Assembly: GCA_951406725.2 (NCBI GenBank)
Contig: OX597821.1
Coordinates: 111,228,001-111,292,000, forward strand
Direction: 5' to 3'
Length of the DNA stretch: 64,000 nucleotides
Source: Octopus vulgaris
Lineage: Eukaryota
Positions 53,481 to 64,000 of the stretch are shown one piece after another. The notes beneath the pieces are model-generated. The model was given only the letters and a program-made list of their open reading frames with translations. It made no database searches and had not been told where the DNA came from. Both the position numbers and the translations under genes were made by a program. Every line of letters starts with the position of its first letter. Position 1 is the stretch's first letter.

Positions 53481-54661
53481 AGGATAATAATAGGACTATG
53501 TTTGTTATATACAATTATGGTACTGTATCATAAGTAATAATGAGGAGGTTATAACCGGACAATGTTACTATACAATTATATATATACATATATATATACA
53601 CTCGCAATTTTATTGTAACATTATGTAAAGCAATGTTAGTGTTAGGCTAGTATGAAATATTTTACCGATTATTTTTAAACACGAACAATAAAATATCGTA
53701 AATAACTGCCTAGAGTTCATATGAACTAGAAAACTGCGAAGTGAAATGACAAAAGAGTTGTAATTAAATAAATATTTGTAATTTTTGGTGGGGAGAGAAG
53801 AGAGGTGGCTGTGGCGAAAAGAAATTAAATATTGACAAGACTTAGAGGAGGATTGGAAACTAGATATTTAGGTAAATGAATAAATAAATTGCTGTTAATT
53901 AATTAAAATTGGGTGGAAGAACAGGTAAGTTATCGGAGACGAGTTATATAAAGAAAACGTGCAATTGCCTTTCCTTGACAGGAAACGTGCAGACAGCAAT
54001 AATAATGATAATAACAAATTGCTTCTAATTAAGGTACAAGGCCAGGTATTTTGAAGAGGAAGGGAGGGCGTTAGTCGATACATTCTATACTACTGTTTGA
54101 GTGATACTTTATCGACCCTGGAGGGATGAAAGGCAAAAATCGACCTCAGCAGGATTTGAACCCAGAATACAGTAGTAATAATAGTGAAGATGATGATGAT
54201 GTTTCCTTTATTAACCACCCAGGGTTGACAAAAACATCAAGGACGGTATAGTGTCGGATTACATAAAAAAAACGTGTAAATAAAAAGGGTGGGTGGGTAA
54301 TAATAATAAATAATACGATTATAATACTATTAATAATAATAATTCTTTCTATTATCGGTACAAGGCATTGAAATTCTGGGAGATGGTATTGGTCGATTAC
54401 ATCGACTCCACCGTTTGACTCGTACTTGTTTTATCGACCCCAGGGGGATAGGATGAAAGGCAAAGTCAACCTCGGCGGGATTTGAACTCGGAACATAACT
54501 AATAATGATAGTATTTCCATTATTAACCACCCAGGGTTGACAAAGGCATCAAGGACGTTGCACGATTGTATACAGAAGGATTACATTTAAAAGGGTGTTA
54601 AAAAGGGGTTAATAATAATAAATAATGATACTAATACGATAATTAATAGTAATGAAGATAC

Positions 54662-54881
54662 CTTTGTAGCGGACCCAGAGTCCGTCCAGCTTTCTCTTGT
54701 CCACCACTGGAGGTCGAGATTGGTCTGTATTGTAGCGGTCCGGATCATGAAAGTAATTGTCGACGGCTACATCTAGTTTCCAATCGTGCAAACCGAGACA
54801 AATAATGGCAACCTTCTCGCTAGTTTGGGTGCAGGAAGTGAATTGACGGACTTTGTCTTTCTGAGAGGTCTTCATCTTGTG
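54662..54881 (-). CDS. DCUN1D1: DCN1-like protein, exon 2 (UBA-like domain)
   Basis: tttcag acceptor and G|gtat donor; 220 nt. Encodes HKMKTSQKDKVRQFTSCTQTSEKVAIICLGLHDWKLDVAVDNYFHDPDRY...LWVRYK, matching the DCN1 UBA region. Confidence 0.96.
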
Positions 54882-55060
54882 CTGAAAACAACGGACACCA
54901 ACTTATTAAGGCAAACTTCCACATGGCTTGGTGGTTTTTATTTATTTAGAAGCTACTACGTACGTCCATCGAACTTATTAACAATCAGAAATTATAAATA
55001 ACAACTGGAATGTGTGATATAACTGTAATAATCTTCGTTAATATTAAGAATTACACTCAC

Positions 55061-55063
55061 CAT
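55061..55063 (-). CDS. DCUN1D1: DCN1-like protein, coding exon 1 (ATG only)
   Basis: ATG followed directly by a GTGAGT donor (plus strand actcac|cat). Joins exon 2 in frame to give MHKMKTSQKDKVRQF, versus human MNKLKSSQKDKVRQF. Confidence 0.85.
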
Positions 55064-55367
55064 ATTTCTTCCTTCATAGTAACTTCGCCAACCGGCCACC
55101 ACAATGTGAGCATGCGCCAACCTAGGGCAACGCACAAATTATTTATAATTGACAAAAATCATTATTAAACATTTTTTTATTTATATTCCGTCATTATATT
55201 ATTAATGCAAAACACTAATTTAAAATGTATTCAATTTATTCGAGCACTTTCTAAATCACGTTAGAACGAAATTTACACTGTCACGTGATGATCGGTTTTC
55301 CCGCCGTTTTAAGAAACTTTTGGAGCGAAGCCGTCTTTGTTTCTGCTGAAAATATTCCCGTACGACG
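55064..55367. promoter_or_regulatory. Bidirectional promoter and 5' UTRs shared by DCN1 and MCM7
   Basis: 304 bp between divergent ATGs. Contains E2F consensus TTTCCCGC (55297-55304), E-box TCACGTGA (55281-55288) and NRF1-like GCATGCGC (55110-55117). Confidence 0.8.
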
Positions 55368-55398
55368 ATGCCGCCGAAAGATTACGCTGTCGAAAAAG
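55368..55398 (+). CDS. MCM7: DNA replication licensing factor MCM7, exon 1
   Basis: ATG CCG CCG AAA GAT TAC GCT GTC GAA AAA G|gtag gives MPPKDYAVEK (human MALKDYALEK); 31 nt, phase matches exon 2. Confidence 0.92.
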
Positions 55399-55807
55399 GT
55401 AGATTTTCCTATTATTTCAGTTCAATTCTGTTTTATTGTATTATTAGATCACTATTAAATCATTTTATAAAAATTTTCTCCCCCCTCCCACCTTACATAA
55501 TATTGATTAATTTTAATTAATGTCATCCACAAATGCAATTATTATTAAACCGAATCGTCTTTTTTATTTTATCATCGAGCAGTTTTTTAATTCGTGAACT
55601 ATCATAATTTTTTATTTGTTATCGACACACATTTAAAAATGATCGATCTTATATTATTCGATCTGCTGTTATATAAACGTCTAACTGTTCAAATTTTTTT
55701 ATTAACGGTTTTGTTGTGTTCGCCATACGAACTTTCTCTAATGTTAGCGAAGCAAACCGGATTATCAAAATGCGCAATTCATTTAAAATATATTCTTCAT
55801 TGTCTTT

Positions 55808-55921
55808 AAATCGCGGTAATATATAAACATTTAGATAAATTAGAATTATTAAAACACGTCATATGGCGCGGTAACACTCGCGCAATTTTAAAATGACAAC
55901 AATGGCATTAATTTTCCCGCG
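55808..55921. promoter_or_regulatory. Candidate E2F-site cluster in MCM7 intron 1
   Basis: TTTTCCCGCG (55912-55921), TGGCGCGGTAA (~55864) and TCGCGGTAA (~55811) in otherwise AT-rich DNA. Confidence 0.5.
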
Positions 55922-57611
55922 TTTCTTGATGTCAGTGATCTGTAAATGTTATTTCTGACCCCTTCCATTATTTCAAACAGTCTCGTGTCTTTTTGTTTAT
56001 AAACAGGTTTTATTTCTAAAAAACCCTTTTTCTTTATTAAGTCTCCCTAAATATTATTTTTGACAGCTTTATAAGATTTTAAGTTTTGTCGAAATCACGA
56101 AGAATATTGCATTGTTTAAATTTTATTTATTAGGTAAACGAACTCAGACAGATTTAGGATGTTCATTTTTGATGGAATTACATAATGTTCATGATATATA
56201 TATATACGCATATATTTGTGTGTGTGTATATGTGTGTATTTATTTCTTTGTCTTGAGTCTATTGCACGCTAATTTCGTTTTTTTAAAAACTTGGTTTTTA
56301 TTAACATTTTTACAAAAAGAAAAGAAATGAAAAAAAAAAATTAAAAGTATAAAATCAAATTAAGGAGAAAATCCCCCACCAAGGAAACAAAGAAGAAATA
56401 AGGATAGTGGTGGTGGTGGGGGAGATTATTGATAAGTTCGATTCTTAGAATGATTTAAAAAGAAGTTCCAATAATCATCGTTGAACTACATCACTGCAAA
56501 AATTGAGCATTAGCTGCAATTTCTTCGTGTTTATATTTAGTCCGGATTTGCCATAGCTCATTCCAAGTTTAACAATATTTTAACATTCTATTGGATGCTG
56601 TCCCAATCAGCTTTGATCGAACTATTGTGATGCATACATAGCCGATACTATGACTCATATCAAACTGACAATAGTTCGCATTTTGCTATTACGTTTCTGA
56701 ACGTTGCATCGTATATTTCACACATATTGTATTGGAGAATAAGATTATTGGTCGACTTCGTCTTTCATCCTTTCGGGGGTCGATAAAAAAAGTACTACTA
56801 GATAAACAGTGGAGTCGATGTAATCGACTTATACCTCCTTCACTGAAATTGCTGGCCTTGTGCCAATAATCGAAGCCATTATTATTATTATTAAGGCGGT
56901 GAGCTGCTAGAATCGATAGCACTTCGGACGAAGTGCTTAGTGGTATTTCGTACGTTTTGAGTTCAAATTCCGCCGTGGCGTATTTTGCCTTTCACCCTTT
57001 TGGGGTCGATAAAATAAGTTCCCGTTGAACTGAACACAGGGGTCGATGTAATCGACTGACCCCTTCCCCTCAAAATTTAAGGCCTTGTACCTGTAGAAAG
57101 AATTATTATTATTATTGTTTCTTCCTGCTCTGAATTCAGACACTGTTGAGGTTATCTTTGCCTTTCACCCTTCCTGGGTCCATATCTAATTGTAGTCCTT
57201 GTGCTTCAATCATAGTTCAATACTTTAATATAGGGCGATCGATTGGCAGAATCGTTAAAGCATCGAAAGAAACACATTGGTATTCGTCCCTGCGCTCTAC
57301 GTACTGAGCTCAAACCCAGCTGAGGTCGATAACGTAACGCACTTGCCAAGTACTGGGATCAATGATATTGACTCCCCCCCTCCACCATTTCTCTCAATTC
57401 ATTGTCATTCGTTGTTCACAAATCTGTAGCCTTGAGGCAGCCAGCTGGCAGAATCGGTAGAGCGTCGGACAAAGTGTCTTTGCTGTGTTTGTTTACTAAT
57501 TTGTGTTTCGTCATTAGTTCATATTCCACCAAAGTTACTTTTGCCTTGCACTGCTCTCCCCTAAAAATTTCCTGCCTTAATCTGAAGCCATTATTATCAT
57601 TATTATTATTA

Positions 57612-58122
57612 CTGAGTGAGAGAGCAGTGCATGTCATCAAAGTGACACTGGGGTAAAATATACAAAGCCCAGTATACCCATCATGACAACCCGTCTGATA
57701 AGGGTACACCAGGCACATTGCATCACGACCATATGTGCGCGACATGGTGATCTCGTATCAAGATAAACAGCACATGACCTTGCAGGTAGGGGCCCTGTTA
57801 GAATTTTCTTCTGGTCAGGTAGCCCATCCCGCTCAAAAGGTTCCTGTTTAAGGGTTGTTTAAGGATGTTGAATGAACCATCCATGTTTCCAAACCTCTAA
57901 GAATTCCTTTCATCACACAGCTATGATGCTCCCCCACTACTTCTGCTCGTGATCAGAGATGCACATATCGTCAGCCACTAAGGGACATGCTCAACTGGTT
58001 AAGGTCAAACAACTGACAAGCAAATCTGTGGTATTGAGCAGAATATTTGCTGTAGCCCATCTTTTATGCCAAGACAAAACAATGTACATGATAACACTTC
58101 TAATTAGTTAAGATCAGGAGCC
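57612..58122 (-). mobile_element. Probable LINE 3' UTR with a (TAA)n tail, inserted into an (ATT)n tract
   Basis: Block of higher GC content bounded on both sides by ttattatt runs; no credible ORF; clade not assignable. Confidence 0.5.
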
Positions 58123-60472
58123 TTATTATTATTATTATTATTATTCCTTGCAGGATTTGTTCAATCTGCTTACATTCTGAGTTCAGATACAGTCTGTGTC
58201 AGCTTTGTCTTTCATCCTTTTGAGGTTTAGAAAATAAGGCGCGTGAGTCAAGTACTCGAGGCGACGTAATTAGCCTTACCCTCCCCTCAAAATTTCTGGC
58301 CTTCTGCTTAAACTAGAAACCATTTATTAAGAGAGCTGGCAGAATTGTTACTGCATTGGATAAAATGATTTGCAGCATTTCTTCTGGTTTTTGCATTCAC
58401 ATTGTTAATACCAAGTCCTGCCTTTCATCCTTTTGGGATCGATATAATACCAGATGAGATCTGGGAGTTGATGTAATTGACTTACCCCCTCCTCCTCCCA
58501 AAACTGTTTGTCTTGTGTCAAGATTAAACAGAATTTAAATTTTTTTGCAAATTTGGTTAAAGCCTCTTTGCACTCTGTCTGGCTCATAACTAAGTTATTT
58601 CTGTCTAGATCAGTGTTTCATAACCATTTTTTTTTAACTGATGGTCTTGTACAATTCCTGTTTCGATGGACCCTCATAACCCTTTGACTTTCAAAAAGAG
58701 ATACCCTTTTCTACTTTTATATCATCATGATTGTACGGGTGTTTTCCATACTGGCATGGGTCGGATGGTTTGAGAGGAGATGACCAGCTGAACCGCTTAA
58801 CAAGCTCCGTGTCTTGATTCGGCATGGTTTCTATGGCTGGATGCCCTTCCTAACGCCAACCACTTTTCGCAGTGTACTGTGTGCTTTTACATGGCACCAA
58901 CACCTACAAACTTGCGAGATTAGGGATGCTCAGCTGGAGAGGATTGTAAGGGACAGGATTAAATATTATTAGGAATCGTATTAAAAATTGTTTAAATCAT
59001 CATCATCATTTAACATCCGCTTTCCATGCTAGCATGGGTTGGATGATTTTGACTGAGGGCTGGCAAACCAGATGGCTGCACCAGGCTCCAATCTTGATTT
59101 GGCAGAGTTTCTACAGCTGGATGCCCTTCCTAATGCCAACCACTCCGAGAGTGTAGTGGGTTCTTTTTATGTGCCACCGGCACGGGGGCCAGCCAGGCAG
59201 TACTGGCAACGACCTCGCTCAAATCTTTTTACACATGCCATTTTGTGTAATAAAGTAGAACTAATTTATTGCACAGAATCTTAAATGGCTCTCGAAGGGT
59301 TTTGTGGACCCTGGTTGAGAATTGCTAAGGGAGAGATGGATTTGGAGGTCAGGAGTTTGCTATCGTAACAATTCACTTGCCTTGGAATGATGCAGAAAAG
59401 CTTCCCTTCTGCTTGAAAAATCAGACGAAATGGCTCACATAATTCTTTTACTTGTTTCAGTCATTTGACTGTGGCCTTGTTGGAGCACCGCCTTTAGTCG
59501 AACAAATCGACCCCAGGACTTATTCTTTGTAAGCCTAGTTCTTATTCTATCAGTCTCTTTTGCTGAACAACTAAGTTATGGGGATGTAAACGCACCAACA
59601 ATGCTTGTCAGACACACACACATACATACATATATTTATATGACAGGCTTCTTTCAGTTTCCGTCAAATTCACTTACAAGACTTTGATTGGCCTGAGGCT
59701 ATAGTAGAAGGCACTTGCCCAAAGTGCCATGCAGTGGGACCGAACCTGGAACCACGTGGTTGGGAAGCAAGCTTCTTACCACACAGCCACTCCTGTGCCA
59801 ATGCAATCATTTTTTTTTTTTACTCTTCTTTCTCTTTGTCTCCTTTAATGCTAAAGGTTGGGCATTTTGCTTTGAAATAAAACAATAAACACCTTTAGTT
59901 TCAAATTTTAGCACAAGGCCAGCATGTTTTGAAGAGGTGTGTGAAATTGATTACATTGACCCCAGTGCGCCACTGGTACTTATTTTATCAGCCCCCGAGG
60001 ATGATAGGCAAAGTTGACCTAGGTGGAATTTGAACTCAGAACAATAATGATGGATGGAAAGCTGCTGGGCATTTTCCCCAGGGTGCTAATGATTCTGCCA
60101 GCTTGCCGCCTTTTATCAATAAACAATATTAGAATATGTTGCTGATTTTTAAAATTTTTTACTCAAAAGTGTTTGTATTGTCCAGAGTCAACTGCTATTG
60201 TTTTAACCAGGGTTATGGAGTCGAAACTAAAGACTTTGACTCCGACTCCTCTACTATTGGCACTTCCAACTCCTCTTTATATGTAATTGATTGTGGTTTG
60301 CATAAGCACAGGAGTGGCTGTGTAGTAAGTAGCTTGCTAACGAACCACATGGTTCCGAGTTCAGTCCCACTGTGTGGCACCTTGGGCAAGTGTCTTCAAC
60401 TATAGCCTCGAGCCGACCAAAGCCTTGTGAGAGGATTTGGTAGACGGAAACTGAAAGAAGCCCGTCGTATGT

Positions 60473-60720
60473 TTGTATATACATTTATGTCGGGCATGTG
60501 GAAGAGAGTGTAATTCGGCAGGAGGACTTAAACGACATGCAAAGGTACATGAAGCCCAGTTACGACTACAGCCGGTTATTACCAGTAAAGGTATTAGTTG
60601 CCAATTCTGTACAAGACATTGTAGATCTTTAGCTGGGCTAAAAAGTCACATTCGACCACAGCGCCTGTAACAGTTAAGCTTCGTGCAATGGCCATACTCG
60701 ATAACGAGGGGGCAGCCATA
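60473..60720 (+). mobile_element. LINE 3' end remnant encoding two C2H2-like zinc fingers, nested in a SINE
   Basis: Encodes CRACGRECNSAGGLKRHAKVH and CQFCTRHCRSLAGLKSHIRP. Splits a family B SINE (head 60310-60470, tail 60750-60958). Confidence 0.65.
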
Positions 60721-60760
<40 letters not shown>

Positions 60761-61230
60761 CTGTTTGTCCCCCTCAACATCGCTTGACAACTGATGCTGG
60801 TGTGTTTACATCCCCGTAACTTAGCTGTTCGGCAGAAAGACACCAATAGAATAAGTACTAGGCTTACAAAGAATAAGTCCTGGGGTTAATTTGCTTGACT
60901 AAAGGCGGTGCTCCAGCATGGCTGCAGTCATATGACTGAAACAAGTAAAAGAATAAATATCTCAGAAAGCATATGCATACGCTTGTACTTTGAGTAGGCT
61001 TTTATGTTATAACTTGTTTTTGTTGAAGAATGAGGACATTGTGAGTCAGAGTCAGTATAGTTTTACTGACTCTGACTCCAGTTATCACTTAATTGTTTCT
61101 GACCAGTTCCACGACTCTGACTCCACTGCGCTTTTTTTTTTAACATCTTTTCCATGCTTGTATGGGTTGGGTGGAATTTACCATTTGTTTCCTTGCTTAA
61201 TTTCTCAACTCAAGTCTTCTTTCATTTTAG

Positions 61231-61310
61231 AGAAAATCAAGAATTTTCTTCGAGATTTTGTAAGCGCTGATGATAAGAATGGAAAACGTTTCACCTATGC
61301 TGAACAACTG
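61231..61310 (+). CDS. MCM7: MCM7 exon 2
   Basis: ttttag acceptor and gtaagt donor; 80 nt. Encodes EKIKNFLRDFVSADDKNGKRFTYAEQL. Confidence 0.93.
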
Positions 61311-62095
61311 GTAAGTAAAAAGTTTAAAATTCATATCTCGTGAACAATAAAGTTCCTTATTTTTCTTATTTGTTTTCTTGTTCTAAAGATGATTGTAAAG
61401 AAATTTATAATTGCAGACTTTGGATTCTCAGAATTATCCACTTTTGGCCTGTCTGCCATCATCACTTTCTCTCTCTTTCCCGACATCAGTCTGCACACTT
61501 TGGGTTGCTGAGTTCTTTTTATCATCGTCATCACACATCCATTTTTCATGCTGGCATGGGTTGGACGGTTTGACAAGAGGCGACCAGACACCAGTTGTCT
61601 GTTGTGGCAATTGCCCTTTCTACAGCTGGATGCCCTTCTTAACACCAACCACTTTATAGATTTTGTTGGGTGCATTTACACAGCGCCAGCACAAGTGCAT
61701 TTTACGTGGCTGTGGCACCTGTATAGATGACAATAATTTTACTTACCTTGCTGTGTTTTCTCAAGTTCAGCAAATCCCCCCCCCCCGGCCCCTTGTCATT
61801 TCCTCAGTAAGGCCCAGCATATGTTGATATTTATTCACCCTTTCCCTTTATCTTACTCCCTTACTTGCTCTCCTCTCTTTTCCAACTTGGGTATCCGTGT
61901 ATCTACTCGACAGCAAGATACCTACCCTTGTCCCTCTTTACCTTTTAATCTCTCGCAATTGGCACAGGGGCTCTGTCTTGCAAGTTGCACAGTGACCCTG
62001 TGAGTACCGATGCCATGCAGTAGGACCGCGCCATGTTGTCAGGAAGCAAACTTCTTACCATTCAAGTCATACCTGTGTTGCTATCTCTCTCTCTC

Positions 62096-62133
<38 letters not shown>

Positions 62134-62218
62134 CACATACATATATACATACATAATATGCATTCAGTGTGAATGGTTTTTTATATGGTGCCACTTTTAC
62201 AATCCTGTAAATAATAAT

Positions 62219-62471
62219 AATAATGGTATTTTTATATAAGCTTAGAGATTATGGCAATCACCGTGCAATGACTAAGAAAAATAGTCTAATAAAGGAGCAT
62301 ATAAGCCCTCAACAGCAAAAAGGAGGTTTTCCTATCCACATGGGAGTTGAGCCCACATATGCGGATAGGAAAGTCTGTCGAGGGTTTATATGCCCCTTTA
62401 TTAGACTATTTTTCTTAGTCATTGCACAGTGGTCGCCATAAGCTTTAAGCTTATATAAAAGCACCATTATT
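62219..62471. repeat. ~250-bp fold-back in MCM7 intron 2
   Basis: gtgcaatgactaagaaaaatagtctaataaagg is mirrored by cctttattagactatttttcttagtcattgcac; inner stem tttcctatcc/ggataggaaa. Confidence 0.92.
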
Positions 62472-62624
62472 TTATATATATAATCATTTTTAATGTAGAA
62501 CTTGAAGTAGATAATGTGTGGAAAATTGGGTTAAAAAAACAAGAATTTAGAAACTTAAAGCAAATTTATGATTGATGAAAACAAAACAATTCAGAACCTT
62601 TCCGATTTGGTCATTTTTCTTCAG

Positions 62625-62789
62625 AAACTCCTTGCACACCGGGAACAAGTCTCGTTGGTGATAGATGTTGATGATGTCGCAGAATCCGACCCTGATTTGG
62701 CAGATGGCATTGTGGATAACACCCGCAGGTACATAGCACTCTTTGGAGATGCTGTCCATGAACTTCTTCCTGAATACAAAGAACGAGAG
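62625..62789 (+). CDS. MCM7: MCM7 exon 3
   Basis: cttcag acceptor and gtaatg donor; 165 nt. Encodes [55 protein letters not shown]. Confidence 0.96.
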
Positions 62790-63422
62790 GTAATGTATTT
62801 TTTTTTTTAATCTGTCACTCTTTTAACATTAATCATTAACCCTTTAAGTTACAAAATTTTTGCTGCTGTCTATTATTATAAGACTTGATGATGGTGTGAG
62901 AGGCCTGATTGAGTTAGAATAAACATAACATAGGTAGATTTTGGCCGGATGTGGGTGGTTTGAATGATAAAGGGTTAAGTGATTTGATTAGAACTGGTAA
63001 GCTTGAGAGCTGCTCTAATCTGTTGTGGCTTGGTTTCTGCGACTGGATGCCCTTCCTAAAGCCAACCACTCCATGGAATGTACTGTGTGCTTTCTATGTG
63101 TCACCAGTATGGGTTCCTTTCGTGTGTCACTGGCACAATATGTGTAATTACACACACATATATATGATGGTTGCAGTTTCTCTTTTTGTATGGATGTGAA
63201 AATGATGGGTGCCTCTTGCAGTAGGTGTTCAAAGAGCTCATCATCCATGTAGTTGTCTTTCTTGTTTAAAAGGTTTTTCGTTGTCTTCTGGATTTATTAC
63301 ATGGAAACTAAATATTTTGGATTTTTTAAAAAATATGAAATTTCCAATGTATAACAGTTTTGCTTCAAACATGAATTTACTGAAATCTTTTCCACAAAGA
63401 ATTTTTAACATTTTATTTTTAG

Positions 63423-63559
63423 GTTGTATCCAAAGATGTCCTCGATATTTACATTGAGCACCGATTGCTGATGGAACAGAGGAATCAACGAGCTGATGGT
63501 GGACCTAGTGCCACACGTGACCCTCGCAACAAATATCCACCAGAGTTAATTAGAAGATT
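63423..63559 (+). CDS. MCM7: MCM7 exon 4 (gene continues beyond the window)
   Basis: ttttag acceptor and TT|gtaagt donor; 137 nt. Encodes [46 protein letters not shown]. Confidence 0.96.
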
Positions 63560-63902
63560 GTAAGTGATTAAAAACAAAAATTTCTTGGCTCTAGAAATCC
63601 TAGTAAATTGAATTATTTCCACATAATATGTGAAGTTCCTAGAGTCATCATCATTATTGTCTTGTGGACTTTTCCATGCTTGCAAGGATCAGACAGAATT
63701 TGGTGAGGCAAATTTTCTACAGCCAGATGCCCTTCCTGTCACCAACCTTCACCTGCTTCCTAGCAAGGGAATATTTTCTTTGCCCACAGAAGACTGGAAA
63801 CAAAACATAATTGCTTGTGTAACAATGATGCTCTTTTACAAACTTGATGTCAAAACAAGGAATGCTTACAACTACACATGTATCTATCTATCTATCTATC
63901 TA

Positions 63903-63947
<45 letters not shown>

Positions 63948-64000
63948 CAGCATCCTTTAATGTCTGTTGTCCATGCTGGTATGGGTTGGATGGTTTGACT

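Noticed and set aside
56260-56285. miR-25/92-family miRNA in an MCM7 intron (TATTGCAC)
   Set aside because: Only the seed matches, with no GTCCCGGCC body and no hairpin. The vertebrate cluster is in a much later intron, outside this window.
60990-61343. 117-aa ORF as a separate gene
   Set aside because: It is the in-frame intronic extension around MCM7 exon 2.

Overview
AT-rich, repeat-dense eukaryotic genomic DNA, most likely from an octopus or other coleoid (inferred from the tRNA/CORE-type SINEs, RTE-LINE tails and (TA)n/(CAT)n microsatellites; not provable here). Two host genes sit head-to-head with only 304 bp between their ATGs. The first is a complete 7-exon DCN1-like cullin neddylation co-E3 gene (DCUN1D1/2 orthologue, minus strand, 55063..21218, 260 aa). 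The second is exons 1-4 of MCM7 (plus strand, from 55368, running off the window). Nearly all other ORFs in the track are repeat noise. The rest is transposon debris: SINEs, RTE and other LINE fragments, piggyBac-type, mariner, hAT and Merlin-like MITEs, a dead Tc1/mariner (maT-like) transposase and Helentron-like elements. The most unusual signal is a set of fold-back elements. The clearest (24648-25342) is a palindrome of two divergent tRNA-like Pol III heads, each followed by a Penelope-type minimal hammerhead ribozyme motif; both motifs are decayed here. Also notable are a Merlin-like MITE carrying a telomere-like G-quadruplex tract and the E2F-marked bidirectional DCN1/MCM7 promoter. All alignments and folds were done by eye, so repeat boundaries are approximate.
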